Below, piece by piece: positions 12,567-24,204 of a stretch of 64,000 nt of DNA. Under the pieces are notes generated by a model that searched no databases, was not told the origin of the DNA, and saw nothing but the letters and a program-made list of their open reading frames with translations. A program made the translations under genes and the position numbers. Origin of the DNA: Malacoraja senta. Lineage: Eukaryota. Each line of letters begins with the position of its first letter. Within the stretch, counting starts at the first letter, position 1. The stretch is taken from NCBI GenBank assembly GCA_038087875.1, contig CM075989.1, positions 20,772,001 through 20,836,000 on the forward strand, in the 5' to 3' direction.

Positions 12567-13368
12567 ACATGTATAAAGCAGTTGGACAGGTAGTTGGATA
12601 GGAAAGGTTTTGAGGAATATGGGCCAAACACAGGCAGGAGGGACTGGCACAGATGAAGCTTCATGGTCAGCACGGGCAAGTTGGCCAAAGGGCCTGTTTA
12701 CATGCTGTACAACTATGACACTAAATGAATTTCCGGGCAATTATCTTTTAAATTCACCTGCAGGTTTAGCCCAAGATGAACAAAGTGACCCAAAGCAGTA
12801 GTACCTTCCAATCAATTGCTGTCTGAGGTTGAATTACCTGGGAGTTACTGAACGACAATGTCTGAAGCCATTTAGGTTTTGTGGAGGAATTCTAATGGAG
12901 CTGCGGAGAGATTTACAATTTAATTCTTTCATTTCCACTGTGTTGCCAGAAGCCGCGGAAGCTCCAGCTCTACAGATTCCATCCCGACTCCTTGCCAGAG
13001 AATACACAATGATCAGGCAATCAGCTGGGTCTCATCAGTTTAGTTCAGTTTAGAGATACAGCGCGGAAACGGGCCCTTCGGCCCACCGAGTCCACACCGA
13101 CCAGCGATCCCCACTCACTAACACTATCCTACACACACTAGAGACAATTTTGACATTTATACCAATCCTATTAACCCACATACAAATTCCCCTGCATCTC
13201 TCAATATTCTTGGTTGAGATCTTCAATCACTGTCATGTTTTCCTCCTCAAATGAAGACACAGTGAAGAGTACTGAGGCATTTTCCTGATTTTCTGCCTTT
13301 AAGGAAAGCACTGAAGATATCCCAATCTGATCATTGTTTGCTGATTGCAATCAGATAATAATTCAGCT

Positions 13369-13558
13369 TCTGCTTTTCGTGTCCATCTTGTTACAAATGT
13401 TGACCTCGCTGTCATCGTCCGTCCTGAAAAGGACGCAAGCTTCCGGCGACAATCAGCGGGAGCCACCACTTGTTGCAATAGATGATGGTGGTAGCAGCAT
13501 TAGCTCAGGATACTTCCAGTTTCCAGCCCCGTGACGTGGATTCTTCAGCTATGGGACC
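13369..13558 (-). mobile_element. Short ribozyme-headed retroelement, copy 1 (ribozyme degenerate)
   Basis: TSD ataattcagct (13358-13368 and 13559-13569). The element starts exactly at GGUCCC, the predicted cleavage-site G. P3 is mutated (GAA/CAC) and P2 has mismatches. Tail ggacacgaaaagcaga. Confidence 0.87.
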
Positions 13559-14225
13559 ATAATTCAGCTACTTCAACTAACGAAAGTATATTATATTGGT
13601 ACAAGGATACAAAGTGCTGGAGTGTCTCTGTTCTCCAGAGATGCTGCCTGACTTACTGAGTTATTCCAGCACTTTGTGTCATTTTGTGTAAGCCAGCATC
13701 TGCAGTTCCTTGATTCTATATTACATTGGTGATGTGCAATATAAAGCCATATACAGGCACTCCCCGACCTATATAATAGACGACTTATGTAAGCAGGCAC
13801 CTACCTGTACCTTGGTACATGTGACAATTATAAACTAAATTAAAAATCAGACCATGCTATACATGAGTACAATCAAGCCAAACCCAAGCCCAGATGGTAG
13901 AACAAATAGAAAGATGCCGACTGTAGAATATAGTTCTCAGCATCATAGCATGACCGTACTGGAGAAAACGTCCAATGTCCAATGTCCAAGATGAGGTAGG
14001 TTGGAGAATTGGGACTGTACCCTCGATTATGGAAGGGCCATTCAAAAAGTCTGTTAACAGAGAAGAACAAGCAGTTCCTGAGTCTGGTAATGTGAGCTTT
14101 CAAGCTTCTGTGACTTCTGGTCAACAGGAGCGGGGAGAAGATGGATTGACCGGGGGTTTGGAAGGTCCTTGTTTGTGTTGGCTGCTTTCCAGAAGCAATG
14201 AGTCTTCTTCGAGTCCGTTGCAATC

Positions 14226-17200
14226 TCAGATGTCATTCTGCCAGTATCTGGCGCAGGTCACAGCTGGTCGAGTCGGTTCAGCCAGGTCCTGGGGGCTGCA
14301 CTGGGGGGGGGGGGCGTCGTCACACTCCAGTAGGTGGGACATTGTCTGTACTGCTCCACAGCTGCATGTGTCTTATGCCTGGTAGTTCCATGCTTTCATA
14401 AGTGCTTTACACCTCCCCTGCTCCACTCGCATTCTGTTGAGGGTCTTCCAGGTTGGCCATGGGAGGTCGTGCCCGCTGGTGAGGCATTCAGTCGGAGTGA
14501 TTCCTCTCTCCATCCAGTCGTGGGCTCGTGTGTTGAGCTGGTTCCATTCATCTTTCCAGATGTTGGTCCTTGCTGTTTCTTTGGTTGTCTGGAGAGGTGG
14601 GACTGTCTGCAAGAAACTGGCTCTGGATTTCAGTCGGGGTGGAGGTGCTGTGTGTCCGTGCAGGGGGTGCCTGGTATCGATCTCCTGTGCTCTCCGCTCG
14701 TCTTGGGCGATGATGGATCGTCTGATATGGGGGGGGGGGCAATACCAGCTAGGGCGTAGAGGCACGGGACTGGCGTTGTCTTTATGCATCCCGTGATAAT
14801 GCGGCAGGTGTCATTGAGTGCTGTGTCAACCAGTTTGGTGTGGTGGGAGCGGCTCCAGCTTGAGCAAGCGTATTCAGCTGTGGAGAAGCACAGGGCTAGG
14901 GCAGTTGCACGGATGGTTGGTGGATCAGCGCCCCACTTTGAGTTTACCAGTTTGCGCAGGATGTTGTTGCGAGTGTTTACCTTGGCTTTGGTGTTCTGAA
15001 GGTGGGTTTTGAAAGAGAGTGTCCTGTCGAGTGTGACTCCGAGGTACACGGGGTGGAAGTGGTTGGAAATCCCATGAGACGCTCAGTTGTTTTCCTGCAT
15101 CTCGATTTCTAAGATGGAAGCTGCATAGTTTAAGGATAAGGGGGAAATCCTTTAAGACCGAGATGAGGAAAAACGTTTTCACACAGAGAGTGGTGAATCT
15201 CTGGAACTCTCTGCCACAGAGGGTAGTTGAGGCCAGTTCATTGGCTATATTTAAGAGGGAGTTAGATGTGGCCCTTGTGGCTAAAGGGATCAGGGGGTAT
15301 GGAGAGAAGGCAGGTACGGGATACTGAGTTGGATGATCAGCCATGATCATATTGAATGGCGGTGCAGGCTCGAAGGGCCGAATGGCCTACTCCTGCACCT
15401 ATTTTCTATGTATCTATAGTTGGGTTTTTGATGGGTTGGGTTTCAGGTGGTTGTTATTGTAGTAGGTTGTCATCTCTTGGAGGGTGCTTTCCAGGACAGG
15501 CTCAATCTTCTGGAAGTTCTCCTGTTGGGTGGTGATGCAGAGGTCATCAGCATAGATGAAGCGGCGGCATTGTGGGGGAAGTGGTTGGTCATTGGTGTAG
15601 ATGTTGAAGAGGAGGGGGGCCAGTACGCTGCCTTGTGGTAGGCCATTCTTTTGGGCTTTCCATTTGCTCTTCTTGTCGTTTAGTTGGACGAAGAAGCGCC
15701 TGTTGTTTAGAAGGCTTTTGATGACTTGGCACAGGTCGAGGTCACCAGTCATGTCAAAAAGTTTCCTGATCATGGTTCGGTGCTGGACAGTGTCGTAAGC
15801 AGCGGTGAGGTCTATGAAAGCTGCTCCGGTGATGAGTTTGCACTCGAAACCGTCCTCAATGTGTTGGGTGAGGTTCAGTAGCTGCCCGGCACAGGAGCGG
15901 CCAGGGCGGAAACCACCTTGATCTTTAGTAAGCTTTGAGTCTATAAGTGGCATAAGGCGTTGGAGTAGTAGCCTCTCGTAGAGATTGTAGGTGATGCAGA
16001 GGAGGGAAATAGGTCTGTAGCTCTTTGGGGATGATGGGTCCTTTCCAGGTTTTGGAATTGCGACAGTCTTGGCCTTTCTCCATACAGGTGGGGTTGTTTT
16101 CTGTGCCATGCATGAGTTCAGCATTGCTAGGAGCCAGATCTTTGCTTTAGGTCCAAGGTGCTGTATCATTTCCGTCAGTACATCATCGATTCCTGCTGCT
16201 TTCCCAGGCTTCAGCATGCTCATTGCAGCTTCGAGGTCTTCTAGGTCGAAGGGCTTGGTGAGAGCGCTGGCTGGTTGCAGGCCGTCTGTTACCGCTGTCC
16301 GGCGGTATTCTCCTGTGGGTCTGCGGCGGTTTTGGCTACGACCGTTTGCCACCAGCTGTGCTGCAACTGAGTTTGCTGTGACTGTTGTGAGTGTGGGCGG
16401 TGTGGTATGGTCTTCGCCGAGGCGGCGGATTGTGGCCCATGCCTTCCTGCTGTTATTGGTCATGTCGGTGTTTTCTATCAACTCCTTCCAGACTTGCCTT
16501 CGGTCCTCCCCGACTGTGTTCAACAGGATCTCTCCGAGTTCCATGGTGGTGGAGGAGAAAGGGTCCTCGTGGTATGTCCTGTGGTAGGCTTTCAGTAGAT
16601 CGCTGGATGTTTCCGACAGCCCGGGGATGTACTCAGTCTGGCATCCTCTTGGTATATGTCGCCTGGCTGACCTTTTCAACAGTTCTATGAACATGGTAGA
16701 GTTGTTGGGGTGTGATGGAATGCTGGGGATGGAGTCTTCGATCTCCTGTTGGAATGACAGACAGTCGGCCTTCCGCAGATTGAACCTTCTGCGGAAGGGG
16801 ACGGTTGTTGCTTGGAGAGCGGATCGGATGGTTATGGTAATTGGCCGGTGTTGCGTATGGGGGATAGGGTCCAGGACCTCTTTCACAGCTCTGGGTGATA
16901 GTTCGCTGCTCACACAAACAAGGTCTGGGTTATATCCTCGTTTCCATCTGGCACCGTGAAAAGATTTTGGCAGTTTGGCGTCATGGATCAGGGTCAGGTG
17001 TTTCGACTCGAGCCAGGTTTCGACTTCATCTCCATCTTGATTGTTCACTTCATAGCCCCACAATGAGCTATGGGCATTGAAGTCCCCAATGCTAATGTGG
17101 TATTTCCTCTTGCATCTGTCTGGCCGTTCAGAGTGGAGGAACGGACTTTGGGGGGGGGGTTTATACACTGATGTGACAGAGATGTTCGGGAGGGCGGCTG

Positions 17201-17506
17201 TGATGGTCTCCATTTGCCCTTCGGTGGTGTGGGTGCAGACCTCTTCGATCGCGAGGTTTGGTCTGCTGAATACAGCTGACCCATACTGTCTGTGTCGGAT
17301 CTCGGCCACCAGCTTCATTCCAGGGATGGCTGGTCGGTGTTGTGTAGGGCCGATGTGGGTTCCTGCATGCACACTAAGTCGAAGCGTTTGGCCGCTGTCG
17401 CTAGTATGTCTGCCTTGCATCTGGAGAAGCCTTCAATATTGATTGAGGCGATTGACAGTGCAGGCCCCGAGGAGGGCGAGTGTCTGTGGCGCTTCGGCAT
17501 CGTCAT
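14226..17506 (-). pseudogene. Disrupted endonuclease/reverse transcriptase ORF of the Vingi-type element
   Basis: APE motifs SINIEG, CMQE, GDFNAH, YNPDL and TQHRP; RT motifs YRPISLL, DLTAAYD, GLPQGSVLAP, YADD and YLGVTLD; C-terminal CSC..H..C. Broken by a frameshift near 17360, the CR1 insertion at 15131-15415, a frameshift in the G-run near 14730 and a stop at 14373-14375. Confidence 0.93.
15131..15415 (+). mobile_element. Young CR1 (HER1-like) 3' fragment nested in the Vingi RT region
   Basis: Encodes LRIRG..F.TEMR...FTQRVVNLWNSLP. Duplication atagtt at 15125-15130 and 15416-15421. Removing it restores KTQLCSFHLRNR. Confidence 0.9.
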
Positions 17507-17529
17507 CTAATAGATTGCTTGGGTAGGTG

Positions 17530-17623
17530 CACAGATAATGGCCTACTGGTGGTAATAATATCAAATTATACCATTCAGTGTTTCCCAGGCTGCACCACGG
17601 GAAGGTTTCTGTATTAGCAGCCC
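17530..17623 (-). ncRNA. HDV-like self-cleaving ribozyme at the 5' end of the Vingi-type LINE
   Basis: Minus strand: P1 GGGCUGC/GCAGCCU (G1-U wobble), P3 ACC/GGU, L3 UUCCCGU, GG available for P1.1, P4 hairpin ACUG..UGGUAUAAU/AUUAUUACCA..CAGU, P2 UACAGA/UCUGUG. G1 coincides with the TSD-defined element boundary. J4/2 is atypical (GGCCAUUA). Confidence 0.8.
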
Positions 17624-17734
17624 AAGCAATGAGTAGATGGCGTCGATGTTGGGAAATCTGGTCTGTGTGATACATCCACAACTCTCTGCGGTTCCTTGCA
17701 ATCTTGCGCAGAACTGTTCCCAGGCCAAGCAACG

Positions 17735-18070
17735 TTTAGTTTAGTTTATTTTTAGTTTAGTTCAGAGATACAGCGTGGAAACAGGCCCTTCGTCCCACTG
17801 ATTCCACGCCGACCAGCGAGCCCCACACATTGACACTATCCTACACACATTAGGGACAATTTACAAATACGCCAAGCTGATTAGTCTACATAACTGCAAG
17901 TCTTTGGAGTGTGGGATGAAACCGAAGATCTCAGAGAAAACCCATGCAGTCACGGGGAGAACGTACAAACTCTGTACAGACGGCACCTGTAGTCGGGATC
18001 GAACCCTGGTCTCCGGCGCTGCAAACACTGTAAGGCAGCAACTCTACCGCTGCGCCACCATGGCCGCCCT
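17735..18070 (-). mobile_element. V-SINE
   Basis: Full head, core and tail structure. Confidence 0.88.
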
Positions 18071-20369
18071 CAATGATGCAGCCCGACAGTGTGTTTTCTA
18101 TGGTGCATCTGTGGAAGTTTGTAAGAGTCACTGGACAGGCTGAATTGGGTAAATAGAGGGGTTGGTGCTTTCTTGGCTATCACCTCAATGTGGTTGCTCC
18201 ACGATAGATTGTTGGTAATATTTATGCAAGGAACTTGAAGGTCTCAACAATTTCCTCTTTTGGTTTTGTGTCTATTATTCCTTTATGTATCCATGGAATG
18301 GCTTGGTGATATATGGGACACACTTTAAGTAAATGCTAGTTATTATCACTGTTACAGTAGCTTTTAAGTCTGATATGGCCTATGTACTCATTTAGTGAGC
18401 ATTGTCCCAAATATAATGTGTGAAATGGTTTTCCAAACTGCCTTCACTTGACCCAAAGAAATATTTTAAGTTTGGGGAATTTAGAGGTGGCGAATTGGGA
18501 AATGACAGCAATTTACTACTTCAAAACATTATTAACAAATTAATTATAAGGGCCAAAATGCTGATATAAAAGGTATATATAGCTTATTAAAACATGGCTC
18601 CAATTTTATTTTATGTTTCTCTATCTTAGTCTGGATTACAAAGGTGATGAAAATGTGAGGGAGTCACAAATTAGATTGCCGCTACAAATTCCTTGTGTCA
18701 GCACCAGTGGTAATAAATGGGAAACCTGCCTTTCCCTCGATCTATGGGGAAAAGATTATGTGGTTAGCTTGTGCTTATCACGCTGAGCGTAAGTCTAATT
18801 GGAATGAACTATTGCAAAGTTTATGAAGTCCTGGGGCAGTTTGTTACAGAACTGTATCAATTAATCTATTCTTTTTTTTTAATGAGTTAGGGATTTCCTT
18901 TGGAGCCAATTGCCGTGGAATCTGACCAAAGGCCCAGAGGAAGCAGAGATTCCATATCATTGACCCCTTCAATTACAGTACACACCTCCCTCACAAGGTA
19001 ACAAATTAGATCCAACCGCTCTATAAACAGGGAAGGGTTTTTAAACCATGGCCAAGGTGTTAAAGGGGAGGGATTGCTCAACATAGCGGTGTCGCAAGTT
19101 TGCTTCGATTAAAGCAGAAAGAACAAAACACTATATATCCTGCTGGGCACCAAATTGCTTCCATTTAACCCAAGTTTGTCCCAACACTGTAGCTCCCTAT
19201 ATAGGAATGATTAATGACAGAACAGGGAGAAAGGATCTAACATACTATGTGAATGGTTGTTTGAAGTCTTAACTGCTCAGCATAAATGTTACAAATGACA
19301 ATTTAGGTGGATACCTTTTGCTGTTAAGTCTTTTCATATGTTGAATAAATCCATTGAGATTGATTCAAGTGCCTTGTGAATCATCTATTATTTATTTACA
19401 GGCCTTCAATGAAAAATAACCAATAGAATAATTTGTTTCGAAATATATCTGCGATGTTTTCTTTACATTCTGAATAAACAGATTAAAGTTAACAAAGTAA
19501 CGATTTAGAAAAGAGAACAATTTATGTTTCGAGCGAACTGATGCCAATATCAGGATTGACCAATACCTTTAACAAATCACTAGTGACATTAAAAAACACA
19601 CTAAACACTGTTCCTTTTATCAATAGTCCATTCCCCAAGTAGATTGATTCATGATATGTTTGATCACATCCAGAGTAGATTAATTTTATTAAACTTTGAC
19701 AAACGTTATCTCACGGATGTTATTTTTCAGTTATTTTCTCGTGAGCCGACATTATTTATTCACTTCACTGAAGCTTCTGTTGAAAACAGTCACAGCAAAG
19801 TGTTGCATTATTTAAAGTTGATTGAAGAAGAGAAACAAGAAAATGCGGCTGCTGGTTGATCACGGAGAGACACAGAGTGTTGGAGTAACTCAGCGGGTCA
19901 GGCAGCATCTCTGGAGAACAAGGATAGGTGACGATTCAGGTCAGGACCCTTCTTCCGACTGATCCGTCAGAAAGGTTCTGACCTGAAACGTCACCTATCC
20001 TTGTTCTCCAGAGATGCTGCCTGGCCCACTGAGTTACTCCAGCATTTGAGGTGGAGGTGGTTCCTGAAGTTACATCAAAGAAGCCTCATTTTCTGAATAA
20101 GATCTTTGTTGGCAGTTTGGTTACCTGATCTCAGATGGATGTTGGAATTGCTCGAGTCAGTGCTGAAAGTATACGGCATGGTTTTTCACTCCAGCACATG
20201 TAAAAGAAGCTACGAATGTTGGAAACTTGAACAAAATACAAAGTGCAAAGTAACTTAGCAGATCAGGCGGCATCTGTAGAGGGAATGGATCGGTGATGTC
20301 TCGGGTCGGGACACTTCTAAGTCTGAAGAACTTAGAAGGACCGGTCTGAAATGTTTCATATTCAGTCTA

Positions 20370-20663
20370 GTTTAGTTTAGTTTAGTTCAGGTCATAGATA
20401 CAGCATGGAAACAGGCCCTTCAGCCCACAAAGTCCATGCCGACCAGCGATCACCCTGTACACTAACACTATTCTACACACACTTGGTACAATTTACCATT
20501 TTACCGAAGCCAATTAATCTACAAACCTGTACGTCTTTGGAGTGTCGGAAGAAACCGGAGCTTGCGGAGAAAACCCACGCAGGTCACGGGGAGAACGTAC
20601 AAACTCTGTACAGATAGCGCCCGTAGTCAGGATCGAAACTCTACCGCAGTGCTACCATGCCAC
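20370..20663 (-). mobile_element. V-SINE with deletion in the head
   Basis: Core and tail homology. Confidence 0.82.
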
Positions 20664-20739
20664 CCAGTTCCTCCACAGCTGCTGCCTAACCTGCTGATTC
20701 TTTGTGTTTTACAGGAGAATAAACTATGAGGCTCAACAA

Positions 20740-21065
20740 TCCTCACTGAATCCTTTAAATGTAATCTTGAAGACCACACAGCCTCTTGCCCAGAGTAGGG
20801 GAATCGAGAACTCAAGGACACAGGTTTAAGGTGAGGGGAGAAAGATTTAATAGGAATCTGAGGGTAACTTTTTTCACACAAAGGGTGGTTGGTGTACGGA
20901 ACAAACTGCCAGAGGAGGTAGTTGAGGCTGGGACTATCGCAACGTTTAGGAAACATAGACAGGGCAGTTTTGGAGGGATATGGGCCAAACACAGGCAGGT
21001 GGGACTACTGTAGCTGGGACATGTTGGCCAGTGTGGGCAAGTTGGGCTGAAGGGCCTGTATGACT
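20740..21065 (+). mobile_element. CR1 3' fragment
   Basis: RTQGHRFKVRGERFNRNLRVTFFTQRVVGV.NKLPEEVVEAG. Confidence 0.85.
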
Positions 21066-21384
21066 TTAGGACTCTACTTGTTGTTCTGCACAATTTGTAT
21101 TGCATTGGTCAGCCCACAATGACACTGATTCCCCTGATCACGATGTTTAATAGTAATAATTGATGACTTGAACTCCTGTCCCCAGCTGATTTAGAATCAA
21201 TGTGCATGTTTACTGGGACAATCAATATTGATACCAAATGCCTATAATTGTGTAATGTAAACAGCCGAGGCAAACTAATATTGGAATATTCATCATATAT
21301 CATTTGTGCTGAAAGTACAAGGGACTTATTGAAGTGATGTGCCATATTAATATGGTTGCTATTTCTATAAAATACACTCAATAT

Positions 21385-21760
21385 ATATCAGAACAAGTCC
21401 TTCCAACCTGCCATCAGGCCGCCGATATAAAGTCCCCCTATCTAAGAAAAACATCCACAAAAACTCATTCATACCCATTGCCATAAACAGCTTAAATAAA
21501 AAATGAACAATGGACAAATTAACCCTGACGCACTGTCACTTTTCACGTATCCACAACTTCCATCTTGGCTATTTTTACAGTTTTTAATCCTTATACTTGT
21601 TTTTAAGATCTATACACACGGTGTGTGCTCGCAGAAATCTGTGTTGTATGACTGCTTATCAGTACATTGTCCTGTTTGTATGTTGAGCCACGCCAAAGAA
21701 GATTTTCTGTTACGACAGACAATAAAGCTTTCTGAATCTGAATCTGAACCTGAATCTGAA
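21385..21760 (+). mobile_element. Rex1/L2-type LINE 3' fragment with (tctgaa)n tail
   Basis: One frame reads LPSGRRYKVPLSKKNIHKNSFIPIAINSLNK*, followed by AATAAA and a (tctgaa)n tail at 21731-21760. Confidence 0.65.
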
Positions 21761-21810
21761 TACCTATCTTCCACAGATTTTGATTTCTAATTCTTAAACC
21801 TGTTGTTCAA

Positions 21811-22050
21811 GGGTGGCATTGTGGTGCAGCGGTAGAGTTGCTGCCTTACAGCCGTTGCAGCGCCAGAGACCTGGGTTCAATCCCAACTATGGGTGCTGTC
21901 TGTATGGAGTTTGTACGTTCTCCCTGTAACCCCGTGGGTTTTCTCCGGGTGCTCCGGTTTCCTCCCACACTCCAAAGACATACAGGTTTGTAGGTAAATC
22001 GGCTTGGTAAATGTAAAAATTGGCCCTAGTGTATGGAGGATAGTGTGCGG
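21811..22050 (+). mobile_element. V-SINE, 3' truncated
   Basis: Head and core homology. Confidence 0.85.
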
Positions 22051-22560
22051 ACACTCAAATCAAATGTGGCCTGATTATTTCATAGAACACAAAATGCTGG
22101 AGTAACTCAGCGGATCAGGCAGCATCTCTGGAGGACAGGGTCATGTATCTGGTCTGGACCCTTCAGCCTTAACAAAGGGTCCTGATCCAAAATATCACAT
22201 AACCCTCAGTCTGAAGAAGGGTCCCAACCTGAAGCATTGTCTACCCATGTCCTCCAGAACTTATAGTCGCTCAGAGGTGGAGGGTATATGCATCGAGCTG
22301 CTAGGGGAGGTAGTTGAGGCAGGTACTGGAACAGCATTTAAAAGCCTCTTGGACAGGTACCGGCATAGGAAAGGTTTGGAGGGATATGGGCCAAAGGCAA
22401 GCAGATGGGACTAGCTTAGATGGGACATCTTGGTCAGCATGGGCGAGTTGGGCCGAAGGGCCTGTTTATATGCTGTATGAGTCTATGACTCTATGACATT
22501 GCAATGCCCTCAATGGAAATAAAAGTGGAGATAAATGACAAGCTACCAACCATCCACTGA

Positions 22561-22868
22561 TTTAGTTTAGAGATACAGAGCGTAAACAGGCCCTTCGGCC
22601 CACCGGGTCCGCGCCGACCAGCGATCCTCGCACACTAACACTATCCCACACACACTAGGGCCAATTTTTACATTTACCGAGCCAATTAACCTACAAACCT
22701 GGACATCTTTGGAGTGTGGGAGGAAACCCAAGATCTCGGAGCAAACCCACTCAGGTCACGGGGAGAACGTACAAACTCCGAACAGGCAGCAACCGCAGTT
22801 GGGATCGAATCCAGGTCTCTGGCGCTGCATTCGCTGTAAGGCAGCAACTCTACCGCTGCGCCACCGTG
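22561..22868 (-). mobile_element. V-SINE
   Basis: Full head, core and tail structure. Confidence 0.88.
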
Positions 22869-23183
22869 ACCTCCCTATGTATGCCCTAGTTATGTTGTTT
22901 TCCACAGCTGGGATGTAGGATAACAAGTGCGGGAAGTATCAGTGGGATGTAACTGATGAGGAACCTTCAAAGGATGGTAATTCATTTTTGTTTATTAAGC
23001 AAAGCAGAAAATGAAGCAATTGATATTTGTTGAGGAAGCTGAGTAAATGGCATTTCACAGCATTCATTTTTAACAACACTGTTTCTCTTTAATTTCCCAA
23101 GAGCAGTACTTTGCTTCGCAGTGGCCTCACATTTTTAAATATTCTGGGATCGACTCAAACAGGACGCCACGCTCCAGGACTGT

Positions 23184-23825
23184 TTAGTTTAGTTGAAGTT
23201 GGAGATACAGCGTGGAAACTGGCCCTTCAGCCCACCGAGTCCATGCCGACCATCGATCCCCGCACAGTAAAAGCCCTGTCCCACTGTACGATGTTCATTC
23301 AAGAGTTCTCCCGAGTTTGCCCTGATTTGAACTCGGAGAATTACGGTAATGGCCGCTCGCAGGTACTCGGGGCTCTCGTGGACATTTTTCAACATGTTGA
23401 AAAATCTTCACGAGTCTTCCCGAGCTTACCGCGTTTCCCGAGTACCTGCCGTTAGCGTTACGAGCAGCTAAGAGACGTCCCCGAGCTCCGACGTACCCGC
23501 TACGTACATTCTACGTGCTTACCGCGAGTTTGATTTTTTTTTAAACTCGGGAGAGCACTTGAATGAACTCGTACAGTGGGACAGGGCTATAACACTTTCC
23601 TACGCACACTATCGACAAATTTACAATTTTACCGAAGCCGGTTAACCAACAAACCTGCGCGTCTTTGACGTGTGGGATGAAACCGGAGCTCCTGGAGAAA
23701 ACCCTCGCAGGTCATAGGGAAAATGTACAAACTCCATACAGACAGCACCCGTACGTAGTAAGGAATGAACCTGGGCCTCTGGCGCTGTGAGGCAGCAACT
23801 CTACCGCTGCCCCACCATGCCGCCA
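23184..23825 (-). mobile_element. V-SINE split by a MITE
   Basis: SINE tail at 23184-23270; body at 23590-23825. Confidence 0.85.
23271..23589. mobile_element. PIF/Harbinger-type MITE inserted in a V-SINE
   Basis: TIR agccctgtcccactgtacga; TAA TSD. Confidence 0.9.
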
Positions 23826-24204
23826 CATTAGATATTTTACCATTTTGATTTGGATGGAACCAGTTACTTTGCTTGTAGTTTCCTGATTCAATACATTCAG
23901 GAAGTGTGCTGTGGAAGCTGCGTTAAACGTTCAAATTGTATTGTAGCTTGTTTTAAAATAATAACCAGCTGAAGGGCCTGTTTCCATGCTGCACGACTGT
24001 ATGACTAAATTCATCCTCAAGATAAAAAGGAGAGCTGGGTGTAAATTAGTTGTTGACTTTGACCTCCATTGTAGAAGTTATTGCAAAGCTGTATCTATTC
24101 CTCGATTTATTATTAACGGGAGCTCAGAAGTAGCACGTTAGCTCATAAATCAGATGGTGATGAATGCAAGTCAAGATATCTTAACAGTGTAGACATTTGT
24201 GCAT

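Larger units (their letters stand above)
14204..17623 (-). mobile_element. Full-length Vingi/Ingi-type (I-group) non-LTR retrotransposon, single ORF, inactivated
   Basis: Bounded by the TSD aagcaatgagt (14193-14203 and 17624-17634) inside a Rex1-like fragment. Single APE+RT+zinc-knuckle reading frame with no ORF1 and no RNase H, about 3.1 kb without the nested CR1. 3' tail ggactcgaagaaga. The Vingi label rests on recalled motifs (SGPALSIASINIEG, WGA..TIRATALALCFSTAEY, RLKSR, CSCGAVQTMSHLLEC). Confidence 0.85.

Noticed and set aside
13334..13534. Duplicated 'exon' LLLFVSILLQMLTSLSSSVLKRTQASGDNQ, also at 24181-24495
   Set aside because: It is the antisense translation of the TSD-flanked ribozyme element, not a host exon.
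13754..13807. Possible tiny Tigger MITE (ta-caggcactccccgac...ctacctg-ta)
   Set aside because: The TIR match is too weak to support a call.
17460..17506. Possible 2A-like peptide at the N-terminus of the Vingi ORF (HSPSSGP)
   Set aside because: It ends in GP but lacks the D(V/I)ExNPGP consensus.
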